A stretch of DNA of 64,000 nt, taken from assembly GCA_035544575.1 (NCBI GenBank), contig DATKEC010000115.1:22835-86834 (forward strand), in the 5' to 3' direction. This document shows positions 1 through 8,079 of this stretch, in pieces (the first letter of the stretch is position 1; every line of letters begins with the position of its first letter). The notes under the pieces are model-generated. The model did not search any database, had not been told where the DNA came from, and saw only the letters and a program-made list of their open reading frames with translations. The position numbers were made by a program, and so were the translations under genes. Source of the stretch: Acidimicrobiia bacterium (lineage in GTDB: Bacteria > Actinomycetota > Acidimicrobiia > Spongiisociales > ZC4RG35).

Positions 1-675
1 CGCCACGATTTCGTCCGGCTCCCGGTTGACTGCCGGCGCCAAAGATCTGAGCCTCGCCGCGACCGACGTCGCGACATTCACGTCACCGAAGCGATACGGC
101 TCGGCTGCGATCACGCTCAGCGCCTGGTCGGCGGTCTCAGCCGCCCCGAGGACGAGGTCGGCACCAGCCTGCACGAAGCAGGAGCCCGCCACCGCACCTG
201 CCACGGCGGCAGCCGCCACGGCGGTCGCCGCGTCGAGGTGGGTCACGCGGGAGGCGTTGACTGCCGACGACACGAGCGCCGCCGGATCCCGTCGGTGGAA
301 GACCCCGATCGGCACACTGCGTGCGGCCGGCTCCGAAGACGCCAGCGACGACACGGTCGGGTTCGCCCGCAATGCCGACTTCAACCACTCGTTGAAGGCG
401 GCCGAGCATCCGCGGTAGGTGAATCGGCCTTCCTCGCCGCCGGCCAGTTCCAACAGACGTCGGGCATAGACATCGCGTTCGACGGTGTCGTGAAGGAGCA
501 GGTGATACGCCAGGACGATGGAAGCCTGGGTGATCGCCGAATACGACGTCGGCTCCGCCCCGCCGGCCACGTCCCCGGCCGCAGCCGCCAGCAGCGCGCC
601 GGCGCCACCGTCGACGGAGAGGGAGAACAATGGATCGTTGGGATCGGCCGCCACCGGCGACTTCTCGATCGTCAT
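1..675 (-). CDS. ADP-ribosylglycohydrolase family protein, N-terminal ~225 aa; gene runs off the left edge
   Basis: Manual minus-strand translation from the ATG (cat at 673-675) is stop-free to position 1: MTIEKSPVAADPNDPLFSLSVDGGAGALLAAAAGDVAG..AITQASIVLAY..AFNEWL..AARSVPIG..SRVTHLDAATAVAAAAVAG. The order of GxxLGxAxGDxxG, TQ, FxxW and TH motifs matches the DraG/ADP-ribosylglycohydrolase fold. It is absent from the ORF track because it is open at the edge. The overlapping track ORFs 26..418(+) and 137..685(-) are Ala- or Arg-rich low complexity. Confidence 0.5.
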   Translation of the reverse strand, partial: MTIEKSPVAADPNDPLFSLSVDGGAGALLAAAAGDVAGGAEPTSYSAITQASIVLAYHLLLHDTVERDVYARRLLELAGGEEGRFTYRGCSAAFNEWLKSALRANPTVSSLASSEPAARSVPIGVFHRRDPAALVSSAVNASRVTHLDAATAVAAAAVAGAVAGSCFVQAGADLVLGAAETADQALSVIAAEPYRFGDVNVATSVAARLRSLAPAVNREPDEIVA

Positions 676-756
676 GTGCAGACAACGTAGTGCCGACGCG
701 ACCGGATCAGCAGTCTTCTGACCGACACCAGCCGGACCGTTACTGTTCGGCGCCAC

Positions 757-1683
757 GTGACATCGGTCCTGCTCATCGCCAACCCGGCTGCCTCCCAGTT
801 CACCGGCGGACTCCACCGAACGGCGATGCGAGTTCTGGGTCGCGCCCACGATGTGCGAGCGATCTGGCCCCAGAGTGCCGAACACGCTCGGATCGCGGCC
901 CGAGACGCCGTGCGTTCCGGTACGGAACTGGTCATCGCGATGGGCGGGGACGGAATCGTCCACCACGTCGCACAAGGCCTGGTCGACACCGACGGGATCC
1001 TCGGGATCATCCCCTCGGGGACCACGAATGTCGTCGCCCGGCTGATGGGCATCCCGTCGAAACCGAAGGACGCCACCAACCTGCTGGCCGAGGATCATGA
1101 CACCATCGCCGCTCCCACCGTCGCGGTTTCGGCGACGGGACCCGACGGGGCGTGGTCGGCTCGGGCGATCTTCTCACTCGGAGTCGGCCCGGACGCACAG
1201 ATCGTGGCGGTTGCCGAGACCGAGCCGTACCGCAAGTATCGCTTCGGTTCCATCCATTACGCACGCACCGCGCTGGGTGTCGTCTGGCGCGATCTCCGCA
1301 AGCGAAAACCCGACCTGACGATCTCGACGCCGGCCGAGCGTCTGGGTATCGGAGCGATGGTCCAGTTCCACCAGGCATACACATACTTCGGTCGCATCCC
1401 GCTGCGACTCGATGCCATGGAGCCCGATCCGATGTCGGTGCTCACCATCGAAAAACTCCCCATCCGGCGGGCCGGCGCCATCGTCCGCAAAGCGGCCACG
1501 GGATCACTCGAAGACGTCAGAGGATTGACGGTCGACCGCCGGGTCAGCGAGTTGATCGTCACCGCAGGCTCTCCAACCGACGTCCAGATGGACGGCGAGC
1601 ACTACGGCCTCGTGTCGACGCTGACGGCTCGCGCCGTTCCCGCCAGTCTCCGTCTGGCCGTTCCTCCAGCTTCCGACGACTGA
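757..1683 (+). CDS. Diacylglycerol-kinase catalytic domain lipid kinase (YegS/BmrU-like)
   Basis: 308 aa; DAGK_cat motifs ..VIAMGGDGIVHHVAQGL..GIIPSGTTNVVAR.. Confidence 0.75.
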   Translation: MTSVLLIANPAASQFTGGLHRTAMRVLGRAHDVRAIWPQSAEHARIAARDAVRSGTELVIAMGGDGIVHHVAQGLVDTDGILGIIPSGTTNVVARLMGIPSKPKDATNLLAEDHDTIAAPTVAVSATGPDGAWSARAIFSLGVGPDAQIVAVAETEPYRKYRFGSIHYARTALGVVWRDLRKRKPDLTISTPAERLGIGAMVQFHQAYTYFGRIPLRLDAMEPDPMSVLTIEKLPIRRAGAIVRKAATGSLEDVRGLTVDRRVSELIVTAGSPTDVQMDGEHYGLVSTLTARAVPASLRLAVPPASDD

Positions 1684-1698
1684 TGGCCGCCAGCCCGG

Positions 1699-2523
1699 TC
1701 AGACGATGTCGCCGCGGTACACCGTCATGTGCGGGAACGGGATCTCGATTCCTTCTTCGTCGAGGCGATTCTTGATCCGGCGCAGCGCCTCGCGCTTGAC
1801 GAGCCAGCGATCCTCCGCCCCGACTTTGAGACTCGCCCGGATCGTGACGGCCGAGTCAGCCAGTGCGTCGACACCCAGCACCTGGGGATCCTCGAGGATG
1901 AGGCTCCCCCACTCCTCGGTCTCCTTCATGCCCACGAGAACCTGGGTGATGACCTCGATGACGCGATCGACCGATTCCTTGTAGGCCACGCCGATGTCGA
2001 GCACCACCAGGGCGAACTCCTGAGTCAGGTTGGTGGTGACGGTGATCTCGCCATGGGGCACGTAGTGGACGTTGCCATCCAGGTCCCGCAACACCGTGAT
2101 CCTCGGCCGGATGTCGACGACTGCCCCTGCCACGCCCGCCACCTTGACGACATCGCCGATGTGGTACTGATCCTCGGCGAGGATGAAGAATCCGCTGATG
2201 ACGTCCTTGACCAGGCTCTGAGCGCCGAAACCCACCGCCACCCCCACCGCCGAGCCGACCGCGACGAGAGGCGTCAGCGGCAGGCTCCACACTGCCGCGA
2301 TCATCAACACCAGAACGGCCACCAGGACCACGATCAGGAGACGTCGCGCCATCGACCACAGCGTGCGGGCTCGGGCACCGACCTCCGGGCCTCTGCCGTC
2401 CATGCGATCGATCGTCTTGTTGGCGACGCGAGCGGCGGCCAGCCACAGGACGACGATCCCCACAAACACGATCGTGGTCTGGACCACCGCGGTCACGTTG
2501 TCGCTGAAGAACGTCTCCATCAC
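1699..2523 (-). CDS. MscS-family mechanosensitive channel
   Basis: 274 aa; N-terminal TM helices then the MscS beta domain (..LAEDQYHIGDVVKVAGVAGAVVDIRPRITVLRDLDGNVHYVPHGEI..); converges on the lipid kinase with a 15-nt gap. Confidence 0.85.
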   Translation of the reverse strand: MMETFFSDNVTAVVQTTIVFVGIVVLWLAAARVANKTIDRMDGRGPEVGARARTLWSMARRLLIVVLVAVLVLMIAAVWSLPLTPLVAVGSAVGVAVGFGAQSLVKDVISGFFILAEDQYHIGDVVKVAGVAGAVVDIRPRITVLRDLDGNVHYVPHGEITVTTNLTQEFALVVLDIGVAYKESVDRVIEVITQVLVGMKETEEWGSLILEDPQVLGVDALADSAVTIRASLKVGAEDRWLVKREALRRIKNRLDEEGIEIPFPHMTVYRGDIV

Positions 2524-4034
2524 TGTCTCTCCTCGTAGCTCTGAACGGCCAGCATGAGTTCGGTGTGGGCGGCGCCGGGCGCAGATCGCGCCCGCAGCGT
2601 CGTCCTCAGCGGCCGCCCGACCCGGCGCTCCAGTTCGGCCGACACCAGTGTGGACGTGGCGTCGCGGCGGCCGGAGAGTGCGGCCTGCACGCGGGTGTTC
2701 GCCGAGCGACGCGCCACCGCGCGGATGCTGCCGATGACAGCGCCGGCGGCGGCGGCGAGTGCCACACCCACCGCCACTTCACCCTCCGAACGCCAGGAAT
2801 CGACCGTCATCGCCACACCGATCAGCATCGCCATCACCGCCGCATAGGACGGCATCCGAACCCGCCACCACCAAGCCGGCGCGGCGTCGAGCTCCGCGAC
2901 AGCGGTGGCGCCGATGGCGAGGGCTGCTGCTGCCACCTCGTCCTCCAGCTGGTTCTGGGTGACCGCCAGTTCGGTCCGCGTGGCGAGGTCGAGACCGCGG
3001 GCAGTTTCGTCGACCAGCCGACGGATCGGCTCGGCGGCCGAGGCGGGCACAGAAGCGCCTGCGGCAGTCACCGACGCCGCAAATCGCCTGGACCCGAACC
3101 ACGCCCCGATCTGGGCAGCGTCCCGGGACGCCACCAACTCGGCCGAGTTTGCCAGCTCCGCGTCCACTGCCTCCGCCACGGCAGCGGTGACCTCGTTCCT
3201 CGCCTCGATCCACCGCTCGGTGAATCCGGTTCCGCCCGGTCCACCCACCGGGCCGACGAGACGGTCCGCCGAGGCCACCAGCTGGTCGACGATTCGACGC
3301 GACACCACCGATTCGGTCGATCCCAGACGGCGGATCGCCGCCACGACCTCCTCGACACCGACAACCAGCCCGCTGGGCGGATCCCCGGCACTCAGGACGA
3401 TCTCCGGCTCGTCGATCCCGTCGGCAACGAGGGATCGGCGCAGGTCGGCACGGAGGGCACCTTGATCGCCCGGTGCCACCCGGTCGATCTGGTTCAGAGC
3501 GAAGATGAAACGATCGGCGTGGTCCGCCAGCGGTCGGAGGTGGTCCCGATGCAGGCGCGCATCCTGGTACTTCTCGGGATCGAGCACCCAGACAACGGCA
3601 TCCACCAGGGGGAGGATGCGGTCGACGGTCTGGCGGTGGTCCGTCACGACCGAATCGGTGTCGGGAAGATCGATGACCGCGAGCCAGGGATGGTCATCAT
3701 GGGCGACCCGGCAGGTCACACCGATGTCGTCGAGGAGCCGGGTGACGCCAGGCTCCGGATTGGCAGGGATCCAGGCGACTGGCTCAGAGGTGGTCGGGCG
3801 GCGGGCTCCGGGGGGCGAAACCTCTTCCCCCGCCAGTGCATTGAGGAGCGAGGACTTGCCCGAGCCGGTTCCACCCGCCAACGCCACCACGATGGTTTCA
3901 CCCAGGTACCCGGCGCGACGTCGGGCGGCCCTGCCCACTTCTGCCGATTCTTCGAGAATGTCGGTTTCGACCACGCCGACGCACGACGCCACCAGCCGAT
4001 CGTGGAGGTCCAGAAGCTCGCGCAGGTCAGGCAC
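2520..4034 (-). CDS. Dynamin-like GTPase (DLP), downstream member of a pair
   Basis: P-loop GGTGSGKSS, G2 RPTT, G3 DLPDTD, G4-like NQID, then a long helical region with a hydrophobic segment (AAVMAMLIGVAMTV). The likely GTG start at 4034 overlaps the upstream stop (GTGCCTGA), which supports this start over the in-track ATG at 4127. The 4-nt overlap of the Ser-rich stop with the MscS gene suggests an operon. Confidence 0.6.
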   Translation of the reverse strand: MPDLRELLDLHDRLVASCVGVVETDILEESAEVGRAARRRAGYLGETIVVALAGGTGSGKSSLLNALAGEEVSPPGARRPTTSEPVAWIPANPEPGVTRLLDDIGVTCRVAHDDHPWLAVIDLPDTDSVVTDHRQTVDRILPLVDAVVWVLDPEKYQDARLHRDHLRPLADHADRFIFALNQIDRVAPGDQGALRADLRRSLVADGIDEPEIVLSAGDPPSGLVVGVEEVVAAIRRLGSTESVVSRRIVDQLVASADRLVGPVGGPGGTGFTERWIEARNEVTAAVAEAVDAELANSAELVASRDAAQIGAWFGSRRFAASVTAAGASVPASAAEPIRRLVDETARGLDLATRTELAVTQNQLEDEVAAAALAIGATAVAELDAAPAWWWRVRMPSYAAVMAMLIGVAMTVDSWRSEGEVAVGVALAAAAGAVIGSIRAVARRSANTRVQAALSGRRDATSTLVSAELERRVGRPLRTTLRARSAPGAAHTELMLAVQSYEERQ

Positions 4035-5700
4035 CGGCGTATTCCTCCAGTGCGGTCGCGACGTCGTCGCACGCGTCGCGCAGCCGACGGGCGTCGTCGA
4101 GGTCGTCGAGGGCAGCTGCCAGCACACGCCGATGATGGTCGGTGGCGGCGACGACAGCCGCTGTCAGGCGTTCGGACAGCAGCGATCGGGCAGAGCGCGC
4201 CAGACGGTTGGCGGCGGCCGAGCCGAAGAGCCGCTCGAGCAGCGTCTGCTGGGCAGCCGCGGCACCGGCCGCCACGCCCATCTCCGCGCCCGTCAAGCCC
4301 CCGGTGGCCGCGAAGACTCCGAGCAGCACCAGGGTGGCTGTGGCGTTGATTCCGACGGCGGCGACGCGGGTGAGTCGATACCGGCCGCGCCCCGCCTCTG
4401 CGACGAGGGCCACGACCTCCGCCCGCCACGAGTCGATCGATTCCCTGAGGTCCGCTCGGATCCCGCTCCACTCGGGGGCTATCTCTTCGAGTAGGGCGGA
4501 TCCGGACCGTGACAACGACCAGGCGAGGTCGATCGACGTGCATGCCTGCTGCGCTCGGCGCAGACCCAGCTCGACCAACTCCTCCGCCACCTCCAGATCG
4601 ACCCGGGCCACGCGGTCCTCTGAGATCGAGCGCCGGGAGAACACCGCGTCGGTCAGCTTGCCCCAGCTCCGTTCGACCAGAGAAGCCAGGTCCGACACGC
4701 CCACCAGCCGCTGCCATCGCTGCACGACCTCCTGTCGCACGAGCTCGCCGCTTTCGAGCCGAAAGTCGATCTCGGCCCGCTGGGCGGCGACCGCTTCGTC
4801 GATGACCGACTCGAGACTCGCTCCCTCGGCCGCTTGGTCCTCGACGGCGGTCGCCAGTTCGCGTCCGACCGCGACGGCGTGTCGTACCGAGGACGCCACC
4901 CCCCGTGCGGAGACCGACGTGTGGTCCGCCGCGATCGTTTCGAGTCGGCGAGCCAGCCGGCGAAGGGCATAGCCGTGCAGCCGGCCGTCACCGCGCACGC
5001 GTTGCTCCTGGATCACCACGATGTCGTCGGCGGAGTCGATTCCCCGAACGCGGGCATCGCGCAGCAGACCGGCGAGATCAACGACTGCGCCTGAGGCTCG
5101 ACGGGTCGCACGGTTCATGACCACCATCACATCGAGCGAGCGTTCCGTGAGGTCACCCAGTACGTCCCAGGGCACGGCATCGGCGTACCGCTGGGGGGTC
5201 GTCACGGCGATCGCCACATCCGCGGCTTCGAGGATGGCCGTCGTCTGGGCACGGTGGTCCTCGGCGATCGAATCGATGTCGGGGGTGTCGACGATCGCGA
5301 TCGAAGAGAGAACAGGATGGTCGTCGGCGACCACCTCGACCGGTCCGGATGCCGCCAGCATCTCCTCGACGATGTCTGCGGAGCGGTGGTGCACCCAGAC
5401 GACGGCGCGTCGAGTGGTCGGACGCAGCACACCGGCTTCCGAGATCGGTCGGCCCACCAACGTGTTGACGAGCGTCGACTTGCCGCTGCCGGTTGGTCCG
5501 AACACGGCCACGACGACGGGGTGGGCCGGCTCGGCCAGCCGCGGTTCGAGATAGCGACGCAGGATCCCCATGAGATGAGCCTGACGCGCCAGGCGACCCG
5601 ACTGCGGTTCGGAGGGCAGCCCGAAACCCACGGCTTCGGCCGCGTCGGCGAGTGTGTCGAGCTCGGCGCGGAGACGGGCCTGGGGAGCAATGGTGGACAT
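4027..5700 (-). CDS. Dynamin-like GTPase (DLP), upstream member of a pair
   Basis: 557 aa; P-loop FGPTGSGKST, RPTT, IVDTPDID, NRAT, then a long alpha-helical stalk and a C-terminal hydrophobic paddle (VGINATATLVLLGVFAATGGL); the architecture resembles IniA/IniC- or DynA-type bacterial DLPs. Confidence 0.6.
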   Translation of the reverse strand: MSTIAPQARLRAELDTLADAAEAVGFGLPSEPQSGRLARQAHLMGILRRYLEPRLAEPAHPVVVAVFGPTGSGKSTLVNTLVGRPISEAGVLRPTTRRAVVWVHHRSADIVEEMLAASGPVEVVADDHPVLSSIAIVDTPDIDSIAEDHRAQTTAILEAADVAIAVTTPQRYADAVPWDVLGDLTERSLDVMVVMNRATRRASGAVVDLAGLLRDARVRGIDSADDIVVIQEQRVRGDGRLHGYALRRLARRLETIAADHTSVSARGVASSVRHAVAVGRELATAVEDQAAEGASLESVIDEAVAAQRAEIDFRLESGELVRQEVVQRWQRLVGVSDLASLVERSWGKLTDAVFSRRSISEDRVARVDLEVAEELVELGLRRAQQACTSIDLAWSLSRSGSALLEEIAPEWSGIRADLRESIDSWRAEVVALVAEAGRGRYRLTRVAAVGINATATLVLLGVFAATGGLTGAEMGVAAGAAAAQQTLLERLFGSAAANRLARSARSLLSERLTAAVVAATDHHRRVLAAALDDLDDARRLRDACDDVATALEEYAGA

Positions 5701-5712
5701 CCGTACCCGATT

Positions 5713-5786
5713 GTGACACGAGCCCGGTTCGGCCGATTCGGGCGCGGTGGGGATTCGATCGCGTTGTGCGGCGAATTCGTGTCACA
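5713..5786. promoter_or_regulatory. 9-nt inverted repeat (TGTGACACG .. CGTGTCACA) in the divergent promoter region between the GTPase operon and the PD-(D/E)xK gene
   Basis: tgtgacacg at 5712-5720 and its exact reverse complement cgtgtcaca at 5778-5786, with a 57-nt spacer, inside the 107-nt intergenic region 5701-5807. Confidence 0.3.
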
Positions 5787-5807
5787 CCCCTCCGATACGT
5801 TGCGAGG

Positions 5808-7076
5808 ATGACCGCAGCAGAACTCACCCAGGATGCCGTGACCGCCGTCGTCGACATCGACGAGAGTCGCGTGATCATCGAATCCCTGGTATCCGACGAT
5901 CCGGCGGTAGTTGGCGCGCTGTCCCGGCTGGCCGCCGACAGCCGCCCGGAAGCAGTCCGGCGGATGCTCGGGATCGGAGCGCGTGCGATCGTCGAAACCG
6001 CGGTTGGGATCGATCTCGCCGCGATCGATCAACGTGTGCTGCAGGCCATCGAACAAGCAACCGGGAGTGCCGAAGCCCGGGTCCGCCAAATCGTCACGGA
6101 CGCCGAAGCGGTCATGCGAACCTCGCTCGATCCCGACACGCGCACGTCAGCCATGGCGCGGGCGATCGCCGAGTTCGAGGCGGTGAGCGCTTCCGTCGCC
6201 CGGTCGATCGACCCGGCCAGAGCCGACTCCCACGTCGCGTTCCTCCTCGGTTCGCTGACGGCCATGTTGGGTCCTGGAGGCGAACTCGAGGAACGCCTGA
6301 CCGCCGCACTCGACCCGGCGAACGAGGGCTCCGGGCTGGCAGCACTGCGACGCGATGTCGAGCGGCGATTCGGCGAGATGCGGGATCTCATCGCCGAACA
6401 GCGCGGCCGGCGCTCGGAGGCCGACGTCGGCACTCAGAAAGGCTTCGAGTTCGAAGACATCCTCGAGCGCCGCCTGCGCGAGCTCGCCCGCCCGATCGGC
6501 GCCGTCGTCACGCGGACTTCAGACGTCATCGGCTCGGTGGGAGGCTGCCTGGTCGGCGACTTCGTCGTCACGCTCCAGAACGGGTCAGCCATCGTCGTGG
6601 AGGCGAAGAACACCAGGTCCATTGGCCTCGGAGGCTCCGGGGGCATCCTCGCAGAACTCGACAGAGCCTTGTCGAATCGCCGCTCGGCGGTTGCCATCTG
6701 CGTTTCTGCATCCGCGGCGTTCCCCGCGGAGGTAGGAGCCTTCGGCGTCTACGGGAATCGCATCCTCGTCGTCGACGATGGCGAGGGTTCACTGCTCGAG
6801 GTAGCGCTCCGGTGGGCGACCCTGGCGGCGACTGCGTCGGAGCGAACCGGTGCAGATGTCGACGTGGCGAGGGTTCTCGAGGTGACGGATCGGGTTCGCC
6901 GGCTCGCCCAGTCCTTTTCGACTCATCGCCGGGCACTCACCGACAGCATCGAGTCGATCGGACGTGTCCGCGAAGGCCTCGACGACATGCGCCGCGATCT
7001 GCTGACTCAGATCGACGAGATCGATTTCGAGCTCGAAAGAGGGGCTGTCGACCTGAAGGTCGTGAACGGTCAGTGA
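5808..7076 (+). CDS. Hypothetical protein with a C-terminal Mrr-like restriction-endonuclease (PD-(D/E)xK) fold
   Basis: Start set at ATG 5808 (MTAAELTQ..) rather than the Arg-rich in-track start at 5652. The C-terminal region GTQKGFEFEDILERRL..GAVVTRTSDVIGSVGGCLVGDFVVTL..GSAIVVEAKNT carries the GxFE, D and ExK signature of Mrr_cat/NucS-type nucleases. The N-terminal ~260 aa are helical and of unknown function. Confidence 0.5.
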   Translation: MTAAELTQDAVTAVVDIDESRVIIESLVSDDPAVVGALSRLAADSRPEAVRRMLGIGARAIVETAVGIDLAAIDQRVLQAIEQATGSAEARVRQIVTDAEAVMRTSLDPDTRTSAMARAIAEFEAVSASVARSIDPARADSHVAFLLGSLTAMLGPGGELEERLTAALDPANEGSGLAALRRDVERRFGEMRDLIAEQRGRRSEADVGTQKGFEFEDILERRLRELARPIGAVVTRTSDVIGSVGGCLVGDFVVTLQNGSAIVVEAKNTRSIGLGGSGGILAELDRALSNRRSAVAICVSASAAFPAEVGAFGVYGNRILVVDDGEGSLLEVALRWATLAATASERTGADVDVARVLEVTDRVRRLAQSFSTHRRALTDSIESIGRVREGLDDMRRDLLTQIDEIDFELERGAVDLKVVNGQ

Positions 7077-7951
7077 ACCGCCGCCGCCATGGCTGGTCCG
7101 ATCTCGGGATGGGTGAAGCCAAAGCCAGTCTGGCTGAGAACCTCCGGCACCACGCGCTTTGATTCGAGCAGCAACGCGTTGGCGGCGCCGGCGCCCAACA
7201 CCGCCTCGAGGAGGAGCCTCGGCGTGGGAAACCACGACGGGCGTCCCATGGCCGCTCCGAGCGCCGTCATGAACTCGGAGTTGCGCACCGGGTTGGGCGA
7301 AGCGAGGTTCACCGGCCCCCGGATGCCGCCGGTGTCGAGGACATGGAGGATCGCCCGAATTTCGTCCTCAAGGCTGATCCAGCTCCACCACTGTCGTCCC
7401 CCGCCGATCCGGCCTCCGACGAAGAAGCGAAACGGCCACATCATCTTGGGGAGGGAGCCTCCGGAGGAATCGAGCACGAGCGAGCTCCTCAGGTGCGCCA
7501 CGCGTGCTCCGGCCGCCACCGCCGGAGCCGCCGCCGTCTCCCACGCCTGGGTCACCCGTGACATGAACCCGTCTCCGGGCGGTTCGGACTCAGTCAGGAG
7601 ATCCTCACCCCGATCCCCGTAGAAGTCCATGCCGGAGGCAGTCAGCAGCGTCGGTGTGGACGCCTTGGCGACGGCCCGGGCGATGAGGTCGGTGCCATCC
7701 ACTCGAGATCGCATGATTCGCGCTTTCTTGGCCTTCGTCCACGGTGGAAGAATGGATTCTCCCGCCAGGTGGACGACGGCGTCGACTCCATCGAGGGCGT
7801 CGTCGTCGATTCGTCCGGCGGCGATGTCCCAGCCCGGGTTCGGGTCGTGGCCGCCCCGCCGCAGCGGGACGGGGGTGTCGCCGCGGGCGGACAAGGCGTC
7901 GGACAATGCCGTTCCGATGAAGCCGGTCGCACCCGTGATCAGTACTCGCAT
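7070..7951 (-). CDS. TIGR01777-family epimerase (NAD-binding Rossmann domain plus DUF1731)
   Basis: MRVLITGATGFIGTAL.. in 293 aa; C-terminal ..FTHPEI.. region. Confidence 0.8.
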   Translation of the reverse strand: MRVLITGATGFIGTALSDALSARGDTPVPLRRGGHDPNPGWDIAAGRIDDDALDGVDAVVHLAGESILPPWTKAKKARIMRSRVDGTDLIARAVAKASTPTLLTASGMDFYGDRGEDLLTESEPPGDGFMSRVTQAWETAAAPAVAAGARVAHLRSSLVLDSSGGSLPKMMWPFRFFVGGRIGGGRQWWSWISLEDEIRAILHVLDTGGIRGPVNLASPNPVRNSEFMTALGAAMGRPSWFPTPRLLLEAVLGAGAANALLLESKRVVPEVLSQTGFGFTHPEIGPAMAAAVH

Positions 7952-8079
7952 GAGGGGTTCCTCTCTCTGACGAAAGACGCTATGTCCGGACCGGGTTGAG
8001 TGGTAATCCGCCTCGGAGTCGCCTAACGGGCTCCTACCCCTATCATCGGGTGCCGTCCCCGGGGTTCGCTTCTTTCACC

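Noticed and set aside
2565-4349. 594-aa ORF on the + strand, and many similar Arg/Ala/Pro-rich ORFs (e.g. 137..685 -, 1856..2446 -, 5747..7162 +, 8092..9708 -, 28989..29750 +, 48301..49605 +)
   Set aside because: Extreme Arg/Gly/Pro low-complexity composition and antisense or alternate-frame overlap with well-supported genes. These are typical shadow ORFs of a 70% GC genome.
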